Shown: positions 16,016 to 27,044 of the stretch, piece by piece | How the letters are laid out: each line of letters begins with the position of its first letter | Position numbering within the stretch: position 1 is the first letter of the stretch | Origin: Candidatus Omnitrophota bacterium | GTDB lineage: Bacteria > Omnitrophota > Gorgyraeia > Duberdicusellales > 4484-171 | DNA length: 62,952 nt | Reading direction: 5' to 3' | Assembly (NCBI GenBank): GCA_028692655.1 | Contig: JAQUWY010000007.1 | Location: 1-62,952 of the forward strand | Made by a program: the position numbers and the translations under genes | The notes under the pieces: generated by a model | Databases searched by the model: none | The model's input: only the letters and a program-made list of their open reading frames with translations | What the model was told of the DNA's origin: nothing

Positions 16016-17236
16016 CTACTTGGCTGCTTTTAACACCTGGATACCTTTAATCAAATCCAACGCTCTTACTATCTGATAATCTTTTTTATAATCAAATTCT
16101 TCTTTTTTTGCCTCCAACTCTTTAAAAACATCCTCTTTCTCTTCGTCTGAGACCTCTTTGGTGACCTCTATATCAGGGTCTATGCCTTTCTCGTGTATAC
16201 TTTTTCCGGCAGGAGTGTAATATTTAGAAGTCGTTACTCTTAGAGCTGAACCGTCAGATAAAGGTATTATTGTTTGGACCGACCCCTTGCCAAAAGTTTT
16301 TTCCCCAAGGAGGATAGCCCGGTCGTTTTCCCTCAAGGCCGCGGCAAGAATTTCACTTCCCGAAGCACTTCCTTTGTTTATAAGCACCACTATCGGAATC
16401 TGGGTATGTTTATTATTTTTGCTATCTGCGCTGTATATCTTTTCGTCTTCACTTCGGGATTTGGTTGAAACAATCACTTTCCCGGAAGGAAGAAAGATGC
16501 TGGAAACATCCACTGCGGAGCTTAAAAGCCCTCCGGGATTATTTCTAACATCGACGATTAAAGCTTTCATGCCCGCTTTATTAAGCCTAGTTAAAGCTTT
16601 GGATAAATCCTTAGCTGTGGTTTCCCTGAATTCCGATATCCTCAGATAAGCTATATCATCTTTTAGAATAACGGCTCGCTTGATATCTTCTATTTTGATT
16701 ATACCCCGGGTGATTTTTATATCTTCAATTTTTCGGGGTTTTTCTCTCAAGACTGTTATAGTGACATCTGTGCCGGGCTTGCCGCGCATTTTCTTAACTG
16801 CTTCATTAAGGGTTATTCCTCTAGTCAGCTCGCCCTCAATTTTCACTATAATGTCTCCGGCTTTAACCCCGGCCTTCCAAGCCGGAGTATCTTCTATGGG
16901 AGAAACTACGGTAAGGAGTCCATCTCTCATCGTAATCTCTATGCCTAAACCTCCGAATTTCCCCTCTGTTTCAACAAGAAGATTGGCATAATCCTCAGGG
17001 GTTAGAAACTGGCTGTAAGAATCAAGGGAAGCCATCAAACCTTCCATGGCCCCATAAATTAAATCCTGAGCTTTTTTGTCCTCTACATACTTTTCTTCTA
17101 CAACCGCTAAGCTTTCGGAAAATATTTCGAGTTCTTTGTATAGATCATCTTTTTGTTTTGCAAATGACATACCTGCTTGATAAGAAATGGCCGCTATCCC
17201 TAAAATTACGGCGAAACCAAAAAATCTTTTTCGCAT
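16016..17236 (-). CDS. Carboxy-terminal processing protease (S41 family)
   Basis: PDZ, DVRNNPGG, SASGSE, KTFGKGSVQ. Confidence 0.95.
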   Translation of the reverse strand: MRKRFFGFAVILGIAAISYQAGMSFAKQKDDLYKELEIFSESLAVVEEKYVEDKKAQDLIYGAMEGLMASLDSYSQFLTPEDYANLLVETEGKFGGLGIEITMRDGLLTVVSPIEDTPAWKAGVKAGDIIVKIEGELTRGITLNEAVKKMRGKPGTDVTITVLREKPRKIEDIKITRGIIKIEDIKRAVILKDDIAYLRISEFRETTAKDLSKALTRLNKAGMKALIVDVRNNPGGLLSSAVDVSSIFLPSGKVIVSTKSRSEDEKIYSADSKNNKHTQIPIVVLINKGSASGSEILAAALRENDRAILLGEKTFGKGSVQTIIPLSDGSALRVTTSKYYTPAGKSIHEKGIDPDIEVTKEVSDEEKEDVFKELEAKKEEFDYKKDYQIVRALDLIKGIQVLKAAK

Positions 17237-17266
17237 ATTCAGTATCCTCCTCTCTAAATATTGCCT

Positions 17267-18694
17267 CTAAGGCCTGTTATTTTTTAAAACTTCCTCCAAA
17301 AGTTCTTTGGCTATTTTCGGGTTTGCCTTGCCGCGGGTTTTTTTCATAACCTGGCCCATAAGAAACTGCAAAGATTCCTTTTTCCCCTGATAATATTCGG
17401 TTACCGCTTTTGGATTTTGCTCAATAGACTCCTTTACAAATACTGCCAATTCTTCCTGGCTTGAAACCTGGGCTAAATTTTGGCTGAGGATTATTTCATC
17501 AATATCTTCATTCGTTTCTATACTTAAAGCCAGCGCCTTCTTGGCTGTTAAATTGTTCAGCTTGCCCTCATGGAAATATTTTACTACTTTAGAAAAATTA
17601 GCGGCAGATATTTTTACCGTTTCGAAATTACTTTTCAGTGCATTAACCTGCTCCAGCAGAGGGCCTAAAACCCAGTTTGAAACTTCTCTGGGGTTAGAAT
17701 AATACCGCACAACCTCTTCAAAAAATAAAGCAAGACGGGGATTCAGCAAATATACATCAATATCTTTCTCAGTCAGCCCGTAATCTGACCGGAATCTCTT
17801 TTGTTTTTCTAATGGCATCTCCCCTACAAAAGATTTTTCTTTATCTATGCACTCATCTGAGATAAAAAAATCAACAAGATCCGGTTCAGGAAAATAACGG
17901 TAATCGTGGGCTTCTTCCTTGGTACGCATAATGGCCGAAGCCATCTTTTGGCTATCCCATAGGCGGGTTTCCTGGATAATAGCTTCTCCCCTGTTTAAAG
18001 CAGCGGTTTGCCTTTTAACCTCATATTCCAAGGCCGCTCTTACCCCTCTAAAAGTATTCATATTTTTTAATTCCACTTTCGTCCCAAACTCAGTTTGCCC
18101 GGCCGGCCGCAAAGAAATATTGGCATCACAGCGTAGGGACCCCTTTTCCATATCGCAATCAGAGGCTCCAATATATTTTAAAATCAGTTTAAGCTGGTTT
18201 AAATACTCAAACGCTTCCTGCGGACTTTTGATGTCCGGTTCGGAAACAATCTCAAGCAGCGGCATGCCGGTGCGGTTAAAATCAACCAGGGAATAACCTT
18301 CTTTGTGTATTAATTTACCAGCGTCTTCCTCCATATGAACACGGTTTATCCTTATTTCTCTGCCCTCAGGCAATGCCAGGTGCCCGCCTTGGCCCAAGGG
18401 CATTTTATACTGGGAGATTTGGTAGTTTTTGGGTAAGTCCGGATAAAAATAGTTTTTCCTTTCAAAATAAATCGTCCGGTTTATCCTGCACCCCAAAGCA
18501 ATGCTTACCCTTACGGCTAACTCTAATACTTTTTGATTAAAAACCGGCAGGACCCCCGGATACCCGCAGCATACAGGACAAATATTAGTATTGGGCGGGC
18601 TGTTAAACTCAGTCGAACAAGAACAAAATATTTTAGACTCGGTGCTTAACTGAGCATGGACTTCCAAGCCTATGATTGTCTCAAAATCATTCAT
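17267..18694 (-). CDS. gatB: Asp/Glu-tRNA amidotransferase subunit B
   Basis: IGLEVHAQL, YPDLPKNYQISQ, RYFPEPDL. Confidence 0.98.
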   Translation of the reverse strand: MNDFETIIGLEVHAQLSTESKIFCSCSTEFNSPPNTNICPVCCGYPGVLPVFNQKVLELAVRVSIALGCRINRTIYFERKNYFYPDLPKNYQISQYKMPLGQGGHLALPEGREIRINRVHMEEDAGKLIHKEGYSLVDFNRTGMPLLEIVSEPDIKSPQEAFEYLNQLKLILKYIGASDCDMEKGSLRCDANISLRPAGQTEFGTKVELKNMNTFRGVRAALEYEVKRQTAALNRGEAIIQETRLWDSQKMASAIMRTKEEAHDYRYFPEPDLVDFFISDECIDKEKSFVGEMPLEKQKRFRSDYGLTEKDIDVYLLNPRLALFFEEVVRYYSNPREVSNWVLGPLLEQVNALKSNFETVKISAANFSKVVKYFHEGKLNNLTAKKALALSIETNEDIDEIILSQNLAQVSSQEELAVFVKESIEQNPKAVTEYYQGKKESLQFLMGQVMKKTRGKANPKIAKELLEEVLKNNRP

Positions 18695-18776
18695 TGTTTT
18701 TCTCTTGTAAACAGATAATCACAGGTAAAACCTTATGTCTCCTTTTATATTTAACTTGTTCTCTGCTTTTTGTTTT

Positions 18777-20198
18777 CTACCTTAATGGTGGTACTTTTTT
18801 ATGAAAATCGGTACAGCTCTGATAAGTAGAACCCAAGCTTAGAAGTGTCTCTTCATCAAATTCTTTTCCTATAAGCTGAAAACTTATCGGTAAATTGCTT
18901 TTGGTAAAACCGCAAGGCAGAGAAACCGCGGGTATGCCGGCTAAATTAACAGAAATAGTATAAATATCGGACAAATACATACTCAAAGGGTCATCTTTTT
19001 TTTCGCCAATCTTAAAAGCCGGGGTAGGCGTAGTCGGAGTAAGAATGGCGTCTACCGACTTAAACACTTCGTTAAAATCATTCCTTATAAGGCGCCTAGC
19101 TTTAAGGGCCTTAATATAATATGCTTCGTAGTAGCCGCTGGATAAACTGTACGTTCCCAGAAAAATACGCCTTTTTACCTCATCACCAAAACCGATCTTT
19201 CTGGTCCGGCAATATAACTCTTCCAAATTTCTGGACGGCTCGCGCAGGCCGTACTTAATCCCATCAAATCTTTGCAGGTTGGAGCTCGCTTCTGAAGAAG
19301 CGATTATGTAATAGGCAGCTACGGCATATTCGGTATGGGGTAGGCTCACCTCCGCTATTTTTATGTTATTTTTTTTATACAATGAAATAACTTTTTCTAT
19401 GGCAGCGCGGATTTCTTCATTGAGGCCGGCTCCGAAATATTCCTGCGGGATTCCTATAGTGAACTTCTTCCCTTCAGAAGACAGGCTTTTGGTAAAATCA
19501 GGTACATCTTTTTTAACGCTGGTCGAATCCCGCCGGTCAAAGCCGCAGATTATATTTAAAAGATGGGCGCTATCGGCAATACTCGTAGTTATGGGGCCTA
19601 TCTGGTCAAGACTTGAACCAAAAGCAACCAGTCCATAACGGGAAACACGGCCGTAGGTAGGTTTAAACCCTACTACTCCGCAAAAAGCACAAGGCTGGCG
19701 TATGGAACCTCCTGTATCTGAACCCAGAGCAAAAGGAACCAGCCTAGCCGCTACCGCAGCGGCGGACCCGCCGGAAGAGCCGCCAGCTACTCTTGAAGTG
19801 TCCCAAGGGTTTCGGGTCGGGCCATAACAGGAATTTTCCGTAGAAGAACCGAAAGCGAATTCGTCCATGTTGGTAGTACCAAAAATTATAAGCCCTGCTT
19901 TTTTTAAGCGGCGTACAACTTCCGAATCGTAGGCAGAGACATGCGTTGACAATATCTTTGAAGCGCAAGTAATTCTTTTACCTTCAATACAGATATTATC
20001 TTTGATGGCAATTGGTAGCCCGCCTAAAGAAGAATCCCCATTGACTGGAGTAAAATTGTCATACATTTCCACAAAACTCTTTAAATAAGAATCCACTTTT
20101 TTTGCCCGGGAATGAAAAAACCTAAAGACCTCTTCTTTTGAGGTTTTTTTGCTGTAAATATTCTCTGCTATCTGCCTTGCTTCTTTATCAATATTCAT
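18777..20198 (-). CDS. gatA: Asp/Glu-tRNA amidotransferase subunit A
   Basis: IKDN, GGSSGGSAAAV, GSDTGGSIRQP. Confidence 0.98.
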   Translation of the reverse strand: MNIDKEARQIAENIYSKKTSKEEVFRFFHSRAKKVDSYLKSFVEMYDNFTPVNGDSSLGGLPIAIKDNICIEGKRITCASKILSTHVSAYDSEVVRRLKKAGLIIFGTTNMDEFAFGSSTENSCYGPTRNPWDTSRVAGGSSGGSAAAVAARLVPFALGSDTGGSIRQPCAFCGVVGFKPTYGRVSRYGLVAFGSSLDQIGPITTSIADSAHLLNIICGFDRRDSTSVKKDVPDFTKSLSSEGKKFTIGIPQEYFGAGLNEEIRAAIEKVISLYKKNNIKIAEVSLPHTEYAVAAYYIIASSEASSNLQRFDGIKYGLREPSRNLEELYCRTRKIGFGDEVKRRIFLGTYSLSSGYYEAYYIKALKARRLIRNDFNEVFKSVDAILTPTTPTPAFKIGEKKDDPLSMYLSDIYTISVNLAGIPAVSLPCGFTKSNLPISFQLIGKEFDEETLLSLGSTYQSCTDFHKKVPPLR

Positions 20199-20244
20199 TC
20201 TTAAATTCTCTTAAAAAGCATGTGTTAAAAACTAACGCCCCGGC

Positions 20245-20526
20245 CTAAATAATATTGGGAACTTTAAAATAACCGTCTTGCGAGGAAGGAGAATTTTCAA
20301 TAATTGCTTTCCGGCAAGAAGAAAGAATTGCCTTATCTTCTCTGAAAGCATTTGTTTCCGGATGCAAACCTCTCATAGGCTCTATACCATCAGTATTTAA
20401 GGTCTTTAGCTTATCGATGTATTTAATGATCTTGGTAAGCTGGCCGCCTAACGATTCTTTCTCGTCATCGGTTATCTCTATTTTCGCCAATCTCGCTACG
20501 TATTCTACATTTTTAGTATCAGCCAT
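20245..20526 (-). CDS. gatC: Asp/Glu-tRNA amidotransferase subunit C
   Basis: VARLAKI, FREDK, YFKVP; upstream of gatA. Confidence 0.95.
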   Translation of the reverse strand: MADTKNVEYVARLAKIEITDDEKESLGGQLTKIIKYIDKLKTLNTDGIEPMRGLHPETNAFREDKAILSSCRKAIIENSPSSQDGYFKVPNII

Positions 20527-20623
20527 AAATCCGCCTTTGAAATAATGATTTTTCCCAAGAAATTTTAATTATACCATCACCATTTTAAAAATCCATCAAA
20601 ACAGGGCTTTCCTAACAATTGGA

Positions 20624-22168
20624 TCAAGAAGGTTTGAATTTCCCCCTGAACATTGAGGCCTCAAGAAAACTTTGGAGCCTGCGCGAACGGCTGGGATGCC
20701 TTAACTTTTTAAGCGCTTTTGCTTCAATCTGCCTTATGCGTTCACGAGTTACTTTGAAAATGGTCCCAACCTCCTCCAAAGTCTTGGGACTGCCGTCCTC
20801 AAGCCCAAAACGTAAAGTAAGAATATTTTTTTCTCTGTCAGTCAAGCTTTCCATAGCCTGTTCAAGTTCTTCTTTTAACATAGAAAAAACTGTGGCATTA
20901 GCCGGTGAAACCGCTTTTTTGTCTTCTATGAAATCTCCGAAAGATGTGTCTCCGTCGTCCCCGATAGGAGTATGAATTGAGATGGGCTGTTGGGAAACTT
21001 TAATAATATCTTTTATTTTTACTACCGGCAGCCTTAATTCTTTGGCTAACTCTTCCGGCGTAGGCTCCTTACCTTTTTCCTGTATAAAAAGCCGCGATAT
21101 CCTTATTATTTTATTAATCGTTTCTGTCATATGCACAGGAATCCTTATGGTACGCGCCTGATCAGCTATAGCTCTGGTTATAGCCTGGCGTATCCACCAA
21201 GTAGCATAAGTAGAAAACTTATACCCTCTTTTATATTCAAACTTTTCTACAGCCTTAATCAGCCCGATATTCCCTTCCTGTATTAAATCCAGAAAGGATA
21301 GGCCACGATTCACATACTTTTTTGCTATACTGACAACCAGCCTCAGGTTTGCTTCTGCCAGCGTGCGTTTTGCTTGATTATAAGCACGGGCCTTATCCAT
21401 TGTGGCACGCATCTTGTCTTTGGGCTCCTGTTGGCCAAAACCAAGTTTTTTGACCAGTCGTTTTCTTTCCCGAGAAAGCTGCCTCCTCTGACTTTCTTTT
21501 GCTTTGCCGCGGCCTTTTATTCTATCTTCTTTTTTCTTCAGCGCTACAGCCTGACGGACGATTTCTTTAGTTTTAGCTATAATCTGCTCTATAATACCGA
21601 TTGTGAAATTAAATTCTTTTAAAGTTTTTTTCTGGCTTTCGATTTTTTTAGTACGGGACAGTTTCCCGTAAAGCTTCTGTATCCTTTTAATTTCCTTTTC
21701 TTTGTTTTTTATCTCTCCCTTTACAAAATCATCGGGGTTGAGCTCTTCGCTTATCAGTTGTTTGGATATTTTTACAAACGCGTCTTTTGATATCCCGGTA
21801 GAGAAGACTTCTTCCCGCAGGATTTCTTCGGCGTCTTCAATTTTCTTGGCAAGAGTAATTTCTTCCTCACGGGAAAGCAGAGGAATCTGGCCCATTTGTT
21901 TAAGATACATCTTCACCGGATCATCTATCGGCTGAGTGGTAGAAGTCGTTTGTTTTTTCTTCTCCTTTTCCCATTCTGAAACCTCTTTAGCTTCCAGCAC
22001 ACTTATATCTTTGCTGTCTAATTTCTCAAATATACTGTCTAAGTCCTGAGCCGTAATTACTTCTTCCGAGAGAAAGTGATTTATTTCATCATAAGTAAGA
22101 TAACCCTTCTTTTTTCCTAAATCAATTAACTGCCCAATACTTCTTTCTAAAAGTTTCTTCTTAACCAT
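20624..22168 (-). CDS. rpoD: RNA polymerase primary sigma factor
   Basis: [24 protein letters not shown], region 4 [10 protein letters not shown]. Confidence 0.97.
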   Translation of the reverse strand: MVKKKLLERSIGQLIDLGKKKGYLTYDEINHFLSEEVITAQDLDSIFEKLDSKDISVLEAKEVSEWEKEKKKQTTSTTQPIDDPVKMYLKQMGQIPLLSREEEITLAKKIEDAEEILREEVFSTGISKDAFVKISKQLISEELNPDDFVKGEIKNKEKEIKRIQKLYGKLSRTKKIESQKKTLKEFNFTIGIIEQIIAKTKEIVRQAVALKKKEDRIKGRGKAKESQRRQLSRERKRLVKKLGFGQQEPKDKMRATMDKARAYNQAKRTLAEANLRLVVSIAKKYVNRGLSFLDLIQEGNIGLIKAVEKFEYKRGYKFSTYATWWIRQAITRAIADQARTIRIPVHMTETINKIIRISRLFIQEKGKEPTPEELAKELRLPVVKIKDIIKVSQQPISIHTPIGDDGDTSFGDFIEDKKAVSPANATVFSMLKEELEQAMESLTDREKNILTLRFGLEDGSPKTLEEVGTIFKVTRERIRQIEAKALKKLRHPSRSRRLQSFLEASMFRGKFKPS

Positions 22169-22211
22169 TTTCTAATACCTCACTCTTAATTATATTAGCA
22201 AACTTCTAATA

Positions 22212-23966
22212 TCATAAACGGCTATATTCACTCAACAACTCTTTAACTCTTTCGTTATCGCCTTCTTTTTCGGCCAGGCGGATCTTCTCCTGTAAAGTTT
22301 TCTTCTCCTCCAAAGCAGCCTTTTTGCAAAGCTTTAAAATGCTTTCTTTAAACACGTTTTTGTCTAAAGGCACATCATCATCCATCAAAATTTTAGAAAC
22401 AAAGCCGCTTATGCTTTTATCGTCGATAAGCCTTAAAAAAGACTGTGGAGAAACTGCCTCTTTTTCTAATTCAAGTTTAAAAAGAAAAGCGACTGTCTTG
22501 CGAACTAGAGCTGAAGTGAAATTCTTCTCTCTCAGGTTTTTCTTAACAATAAGAAACGCTTTTGGGTTAGTAAGCATGCATTTTAGCAAAATTTTTTCAG
22601 TAAAAGGGACAAATATTTCCTGAGAAAGCCGGCTTACGGGAGCGCCGGAATCAGACCTCGAAGCTTTCCGCTGTGCGAAACGATTATCCTTAGGGAAAAA
22701 ACTGCGAAATTCAGCTATGGCGATTTCTTCTTTTATTCCTAAGGCCTGTGATAACTTTTTTATATATTCATATTTTTCGATTTCACTTTGAAGCTTGTCT
22801 ATCGTGGTTAGCATGTCTTTGGCAATTTTGGTTTTCCCCTCTATACTGGTAGAATCATGCGTTTGCTTTAAAACTTCCAGTTTGTAGGTAAAAAAATCCC
22901 GGCTCTCATCTATCACTTTTGAAAAAGTTTCTTTTCCTTTTTTAAAAGCCAGGGAATCCGGATCATGCCCGGAAGGAACACATGCCACTTCTGCTTTTAA
23001 ACCGTTTTCGAGCAACAAATCTATTGAGCGTAGAGCAGCATTTCTGCCGGCCGAATCTGAGTCATACATAAGCACAACTGAAGAAGTATAACGTTTCAGA
23101 AGTCTTATTTGTTCAACAGTAAGTGCTGTCCCCAGAGAGGCAGCTATATTCTTAACTCCCCTCATAAAGGGAACAATCATGTCCAGATAACCCTCAACCA
23201 CTATCGCCGAGCCTTTGCGGACAATTTCATCTTTTGACAGATTAAGCCCAAAAAGATTGTCTCTTTTAGCATATATGACATTTTCTAAAGAATTTATATA
23301 TTTAGGAGCTTCGGGCACATTTCGCCAGAGCCTAGCCCCAAATCCAACAACCCGGGAACGAACATCAAATACCGGAAATGTAATTCTATCGGAAAATAAG
23401 TCTTTAAATCCGTTCCTACTCCCGCGCACCAAAGCTACTTTATCCATCTCTTCCAAAGTAAAACCGAGTTTCCTCAGGTGCTGTATTAAAGAATTTCCGC
23501 CGGGAGCATAACCCAAAAGAAATGTGTCCATAGTTTCCCGGGCTATTCCTCTGCTTTTCAAATATTCAACTATTTGTTTGCATCGTGAGCCGTCTTTTAG
23601 AGTTTTATGGTAAAAAACAGCGGCTTCTTGTAAAACTTTATAAAAAGTTTCTTTACTCTTGGCTCTTGGGCCTTTTTGGTATGGTATTTCAAGGCCCAAG
23701 CGCTTGGCCAGCATTTCCACGGCTTCCGGAAAATTAACTTTTTCAATCAGGCTGAGAAATTGAAAAACGCCTCCACCTTCTGAACAGCCAAAACAATGGA
23801 ATATCTGTTTTTGAGGGCTGACCATAAAAGAGGGGGTTTTTTCTCCATGAAAAGGGCATAAGCCTTTAAAATTCCTTCCGGATTTTTTCAAGGATACATA
23901 CTCAGACACCACCTCCACGATATCTGTCCGTGACTGAACTTCTTCTATAAATTTCTGAGGAATCAT
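22212..23966 (-). CDS. dnaG: DNA primase
   Basis: CPFHGEKTPSF zinc finger, VEGYLD, YDSD TOPRIM. Confidence 0.98.
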   Translation of the reverse strand: MIPQKFIEEVQSRTDIVEVVSEYVSLKKSGRNFKGLCPFHGEKTPSFMVSPQKQIFHCFGCSEGGGVFQFLSLIEKVNFPEAVEMLAKRLGLEIPYQKGPRAKSKETFYKVLQEAAVFYHKTLKDGSRCKQIVEYLKSRGIARETMDTFLLGYAPGGNSLIQHLRKLGFTLEEMDKVALVRGSRNGFKDLFSDRITFPVFDVRSRVVGFGARLWRNVPEAPKYINSLENVIYAKRDNLFGLNLSKDEIVRKGSAIVVEGYLDMIVPFMRGVKNIAASLGTALTVEQIRLLKRYTSSVVLMYDSDSAGRNAALRSIDLLLENGLKAEVACVPSGHDPDSLAFKKGKETFSKVIDESRDFFTYKLEVLKQTHDSTSIEGKTKIAKDMLTTIDKLQSEIEKYEYIKKLSQALGIKEEIAIAEFRSFFPKDNRFAQRKASRSDSGAPVSRLSQEIFVPFTEKILLKCMLTNPKAFLIVKKNLREKNFTSALVRKTVAFLFKLELEKEAVSPQSFLRLIDDKSISGFVSKILMDDDVPLDKNVFKESILKLCKKAALEEKKTLQEKIRLAEKEGDNERVKELLSEYSRL

Positions 23967-23980
23967 TTTTCTCTTCGTAA

Positions 23981-24070
23981 ACCGCAGATTAGCGCAGATT
24001 AATACTGCAGACGAACACAGACTTCATCAGTGATCATCCACTACTTTTTATCTGTGATCATTTGCGTTTA
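23981..24070. repeat. CAGAT/ATCTG degenerate hairpin element, copy 2
   Basis: cgcagatt agcgcagatt .. acacagac facing atctgtgatcatttgcg. Confidence 0.7.
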
Positions 24071-25020
24071 TGGGTAAACCGTTTAAATCCTGAAAATTCG
24101 TAAATATGAAGTTTTTCTTTTTTCTCTAAATGATCAAGCATCAAATTGATGCCTAAATTATCTGAAGCGATATGAGAAGCAAAGATAACATTGATGTTAA
24201 ACTCTTTACACTTCTTGAAATGCTCCTCCGACTGATGCATCGCTATTATAGTGTCTACGCCTCTGGCAGAAAGTTCCTTATAGATCCCTTGCGGGCCTTC
24301 GGTCCCTCCGGTGAATTCAAGATGTATATTCTTACAGCGGGAATTTTTGCTGCCTATAGCTAATTGAGGCGGGTTATTACTTTTGGCAGCATGCTGATAC
24401 TCCGGTATTTCGTAAAGAATTTCCAGGACTTGGCCAAGAGATTGCGGTTTATTTTTGTCCAGTTCCCGGCACAAATACTGGTAGGCAAGATTGTCACACG
24501 GAGTGTGCATGCACATAAAGTTCAATCCCAGAAGCCTAGCTGCATCGACGCTTCTGGAATGATTAGCCGCGCTAACCCTTCTGGCAACCTGAGCTTTTCT
24601 CTCTTTAAGAAGGTTTTCGCAAACACTTACCGCCACGCCTTCATCCGAAAAAACATCTACTTGCAAATCCATCACTTCATAAAACCGCGCATAAGCAGCC
24701 CCCTGGGGATGATGAGAAGCTACCAGGTCAATCTTTTCCCCTTTTTCTCTAAGCCTGTCCGCGAGTACTAACTCTCCCGCGTCAACATCAACTCCTACGA
24801 TCATAGACCTTATCTGATCCTGGGGGTCTCCCCAAAGCAGGCGGCTGTCGGCAAAAGGATTAAAGAGGCTGTCCTGGTCAAAAAACTCTTTTTCTTTGGC
24901 GCAAAGTTTTTCGTACTCCTTCTCCTTTTCTTTTAGCGCTTTTTCTATAGCCGGGCGGCTGCGAACATCGGCCTCAATGCCTTTCTTTATTATTTCCTGA
25001 TAAAGACTCTTTAGCTTCAT
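24058..25020 (-). CDS. NIF3/NGG1p-interacting factor family protein
   Basis: SHHPQG, HTPCDN, HIASDNLG. Confidence 0.85.
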   Translation of the reverse strand: MKLKSLYQEIIKKGIEADVRSRPAIEKALKEKEKEYEKLCAKEKEFFDQDSLFNPFADSRLLWGDPQDQIRSMIVGVDVDAGELVLADRLREKGEKIDLVASHHPQGAAYARFYEVMDLQVDVFSDEGVAVSVCENLLKERKAQVARRVSAANHSRSVDAARLLGLNFMCMHTPCDNLAYQYLCRELDKNKPQSLGQVLEILYEIPEYQHAAKSNNPPQLAIGSKNSRCKNIHLEFTGGTEGPQGIYKELSARGVDTIIAMHQSEEHFKKCKEFNINVIFASHIASDNLGINLMLDHLEKKEKLHIYEFSGFKRFTHKRK

Positions 25021-25558
25021 AATGTGTTTCTACCTCCTTATTTAATTGCGCCTGCGGGTAAATATCCTTGTAAATCTTGCTCAAAAATAAATATACCTGG
25101 GGAGCCGCTTTTCTAAACAAATTATTTGTCATAAAAAAGCTTGTGCGCTGGGAACAAAAGGGAAGAAGAGATAAAATAAAGATTAAAATGCTCGAAAATA
25201 ATAACGCTCTTGCCGCTCCCAGAGCAAAAGAAAGCCATCTATGACTACGGGGGATCTCTTCTTTTTTAAACAAAAAACAAATAATAGCCCTTAAGGCACT
25301 GAATATTAAAACTGCCGCCGTAAAAATCAAAGAGAAAACAGCTGCGTACAGATAGCTTCCGGTTAAGAATGAAACCTGGGTTTTTATGTTGTCGGCGGCA
25401 ATGATATAATATTGAAAGGCGAAGAAACTACCAGCTAGCAAACCCAGTAGTTTAAAGAATTCACAGACAGAACCCCGAACAACAGAAATATAAAGGATTC
25501 TGACGCAAAAAATTATAAAAATTAAATCTATAAGACTCGCTCTCGCAAAGATTTCCAT
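24974..25558 (-). CDS. CvpA-family membrane protein
   Basis: IDLIF, RG..EF.L.G pattern, several TM segments. Confidence 0.75.
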   Translation of the reverse strand: MEIFARASLIDLIFIIFCVRILYISVVRGSVCEFFKLLGLLAGSFFAFQYYIIAADNIKTQVSFLTGSYLYAAVFSLIFTAAVLIFSALRAIICFLFKKEEIPRSHRWLSFALGAARALLFSSILIFILSLLPFCSQRTSFFMTNNLFRKAAPQVYLFLSKIYKDIYPQAQLNKEVETHYEAKESLSGNNKERH

Positions 25559-25577
25559 TTATTTTTAGGGTAATTAG

Positions 25578-25606
25578 TATATAGCATATAGTCACGGAAA
25601 TGTCAA
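25578..25606 (-). promoter_or_regulatory. sigma70-type promoter for cvpA-nif3-dnaG-rpoD
   Basis: TTGACA-N17-TATATA on minus strand. Confidence 0.6.
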
Positions 25607-25916
25607 GAAACTTCCTCACTGATAATGTAGGCTTTTAGCGTTATGAAATAGCGATTTTATAAATCCCCGGGCGTTTTGGCTGAATATAAATTTGGCATTA
25701 CGGCTAAAACGCCGGATATATTGATTTTAGCTACCCTTCGTGGTAAAGTGAAATAAAGAAGTTTAGCGGATATGGCTATTACATGATGGCCATTATCATC
25801 CGTATTGATTTCTTCAACTAAAGTAAAACATAGTCTTTATCAAACTAGGCAGGCTATCCTATCGCACAAGTAGAAGCTTTCGACAGCAACTAGTTTTTTA
25901 GACATACCATCTATCT

Positions 25917-27044
25917 ATGGAAAAAGATGACTTTGCAATAGCTTTCAGTAAAAGAAAATCGGAAGAAGCCGCAAAAGAGGTTTCTCTAAAAATAAAGAGC
26001 AGTTTTTCTAAAAGTATTGGTTTCCTATTCGTATTTTTTACCCCTCATTACAACCCTTCAAATATTTTAGCAACTTTAAACCTTACTTTAAAACCGGAAA
26101 AAATTTTAGGCATACAGTCTCCATTCCTTGTTTTTGAAGATACCCTTGCCCAGGAAGGAATTGTAGTTTGCTGTATGAGCGGACAAGATGTCTCATTTGA
26201 AGAAAGCTTTATGGAAGAAAAACCTTCCAAGGAAATCGAATCATTTCTCAGGCTCGCATTCAGAAAGATACGTAAAAAAAATTTCTCTCTCCTCTCTTTT
26301 CTTGGGCCGGGAATCAATCCTGTTCCATATTTAAGCGGTTTAAGGCTCTTTTTGGGAGAAATATTTACTCTCGCCGGTGGCGGCTTCACAAAAAAGTATT
26401 CTTCCAACACCTGGCAAATAGTGAACAACGACATAATAGAAGGTGCTGTAAATATTATAGTTAAAGGCTTAGACACAACATCTTTGTCTTTGGGGGGATA
26501 TCTGCCCTTGGGAAAACCTTTTGTTATAACCAAAGCCGCTCCTGCAAGAAATTTAGTTATAGAAATCAATAATGAACCGGCCATAAACATATATCGGAAG
26601 TATTTAGAGGAAAAATTCGAACAATTCCAAGATAATAAGCTATTTTCCCTTTACCCCCTGGGCATAAAAAACGGGGAAAAATTTGACGTAATAAGAGTGC
26701 TGGATTCTTTAGCAGACGGCTCTCTCGCTTGTGTAGGAAACTTAAAAGAAAAAGATACCGGCCACATAATGTTTCTTGATACCGGCCTGCTGCAAAATCA
26801 AATAGAATCTCAGCTTTCCCCCCTGGTAGCTAAAAACCAGGGATTGGTAATCATAGTAGGCTCTCTATTACAAAAAGAAATCATTAAGGATAATTCTTAT
26901 ACGGTGGTAAAATTAATAAAGAAATCGCTGGGTAAAAATTTTTCCGTTATTGGGATGTATTGCGATTATTCCATGCGTTCCTCAAGGGAAACTAACTCTA
27001 TAGGGATAGACTCAGGTAATACCTTGCTTACTTTTTGGCAATAG
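25917..27044 (+). CDS. FIST-domain sensor protein
   Basis: AGG, PLGKPFVIT, EINNEPA, YPLG FIST pattern. Confidence 0.75.
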   Translation: MEKDDFAIAFSKRKSEEAAKEVSLKIKSSFSKSIGFLFVFFTPHYNPSNILATLNLTLKPEKILGIQSPFLVFEDTLAQEGIVVCCMSGQDVSFEESFMEEKPSKEIESFLRLAFRKIRKKNFSLLSFLGPGINPVPYLSGLRLFLGEIFTLAGGGFTKKYSSNTWQIVNNDIIEGAVNIIVKGLDTTSLSLGGYLPLGKPFVITKAAPARNLVIEINNEPAINIYRKYLEEKFEQFQDNKLFSLYPLGIKNGEKFDVIRVLDSLADGSLACVGNLKEKDTGHIMFLDTGLLQNQIESQLSPLVAKNQGLVIIVGSLLQKEIIKDNSYTVVKLIKKSLGKNFSVIGMYCDYSMRSSRETNSIGIDSGNTLLTFWQ

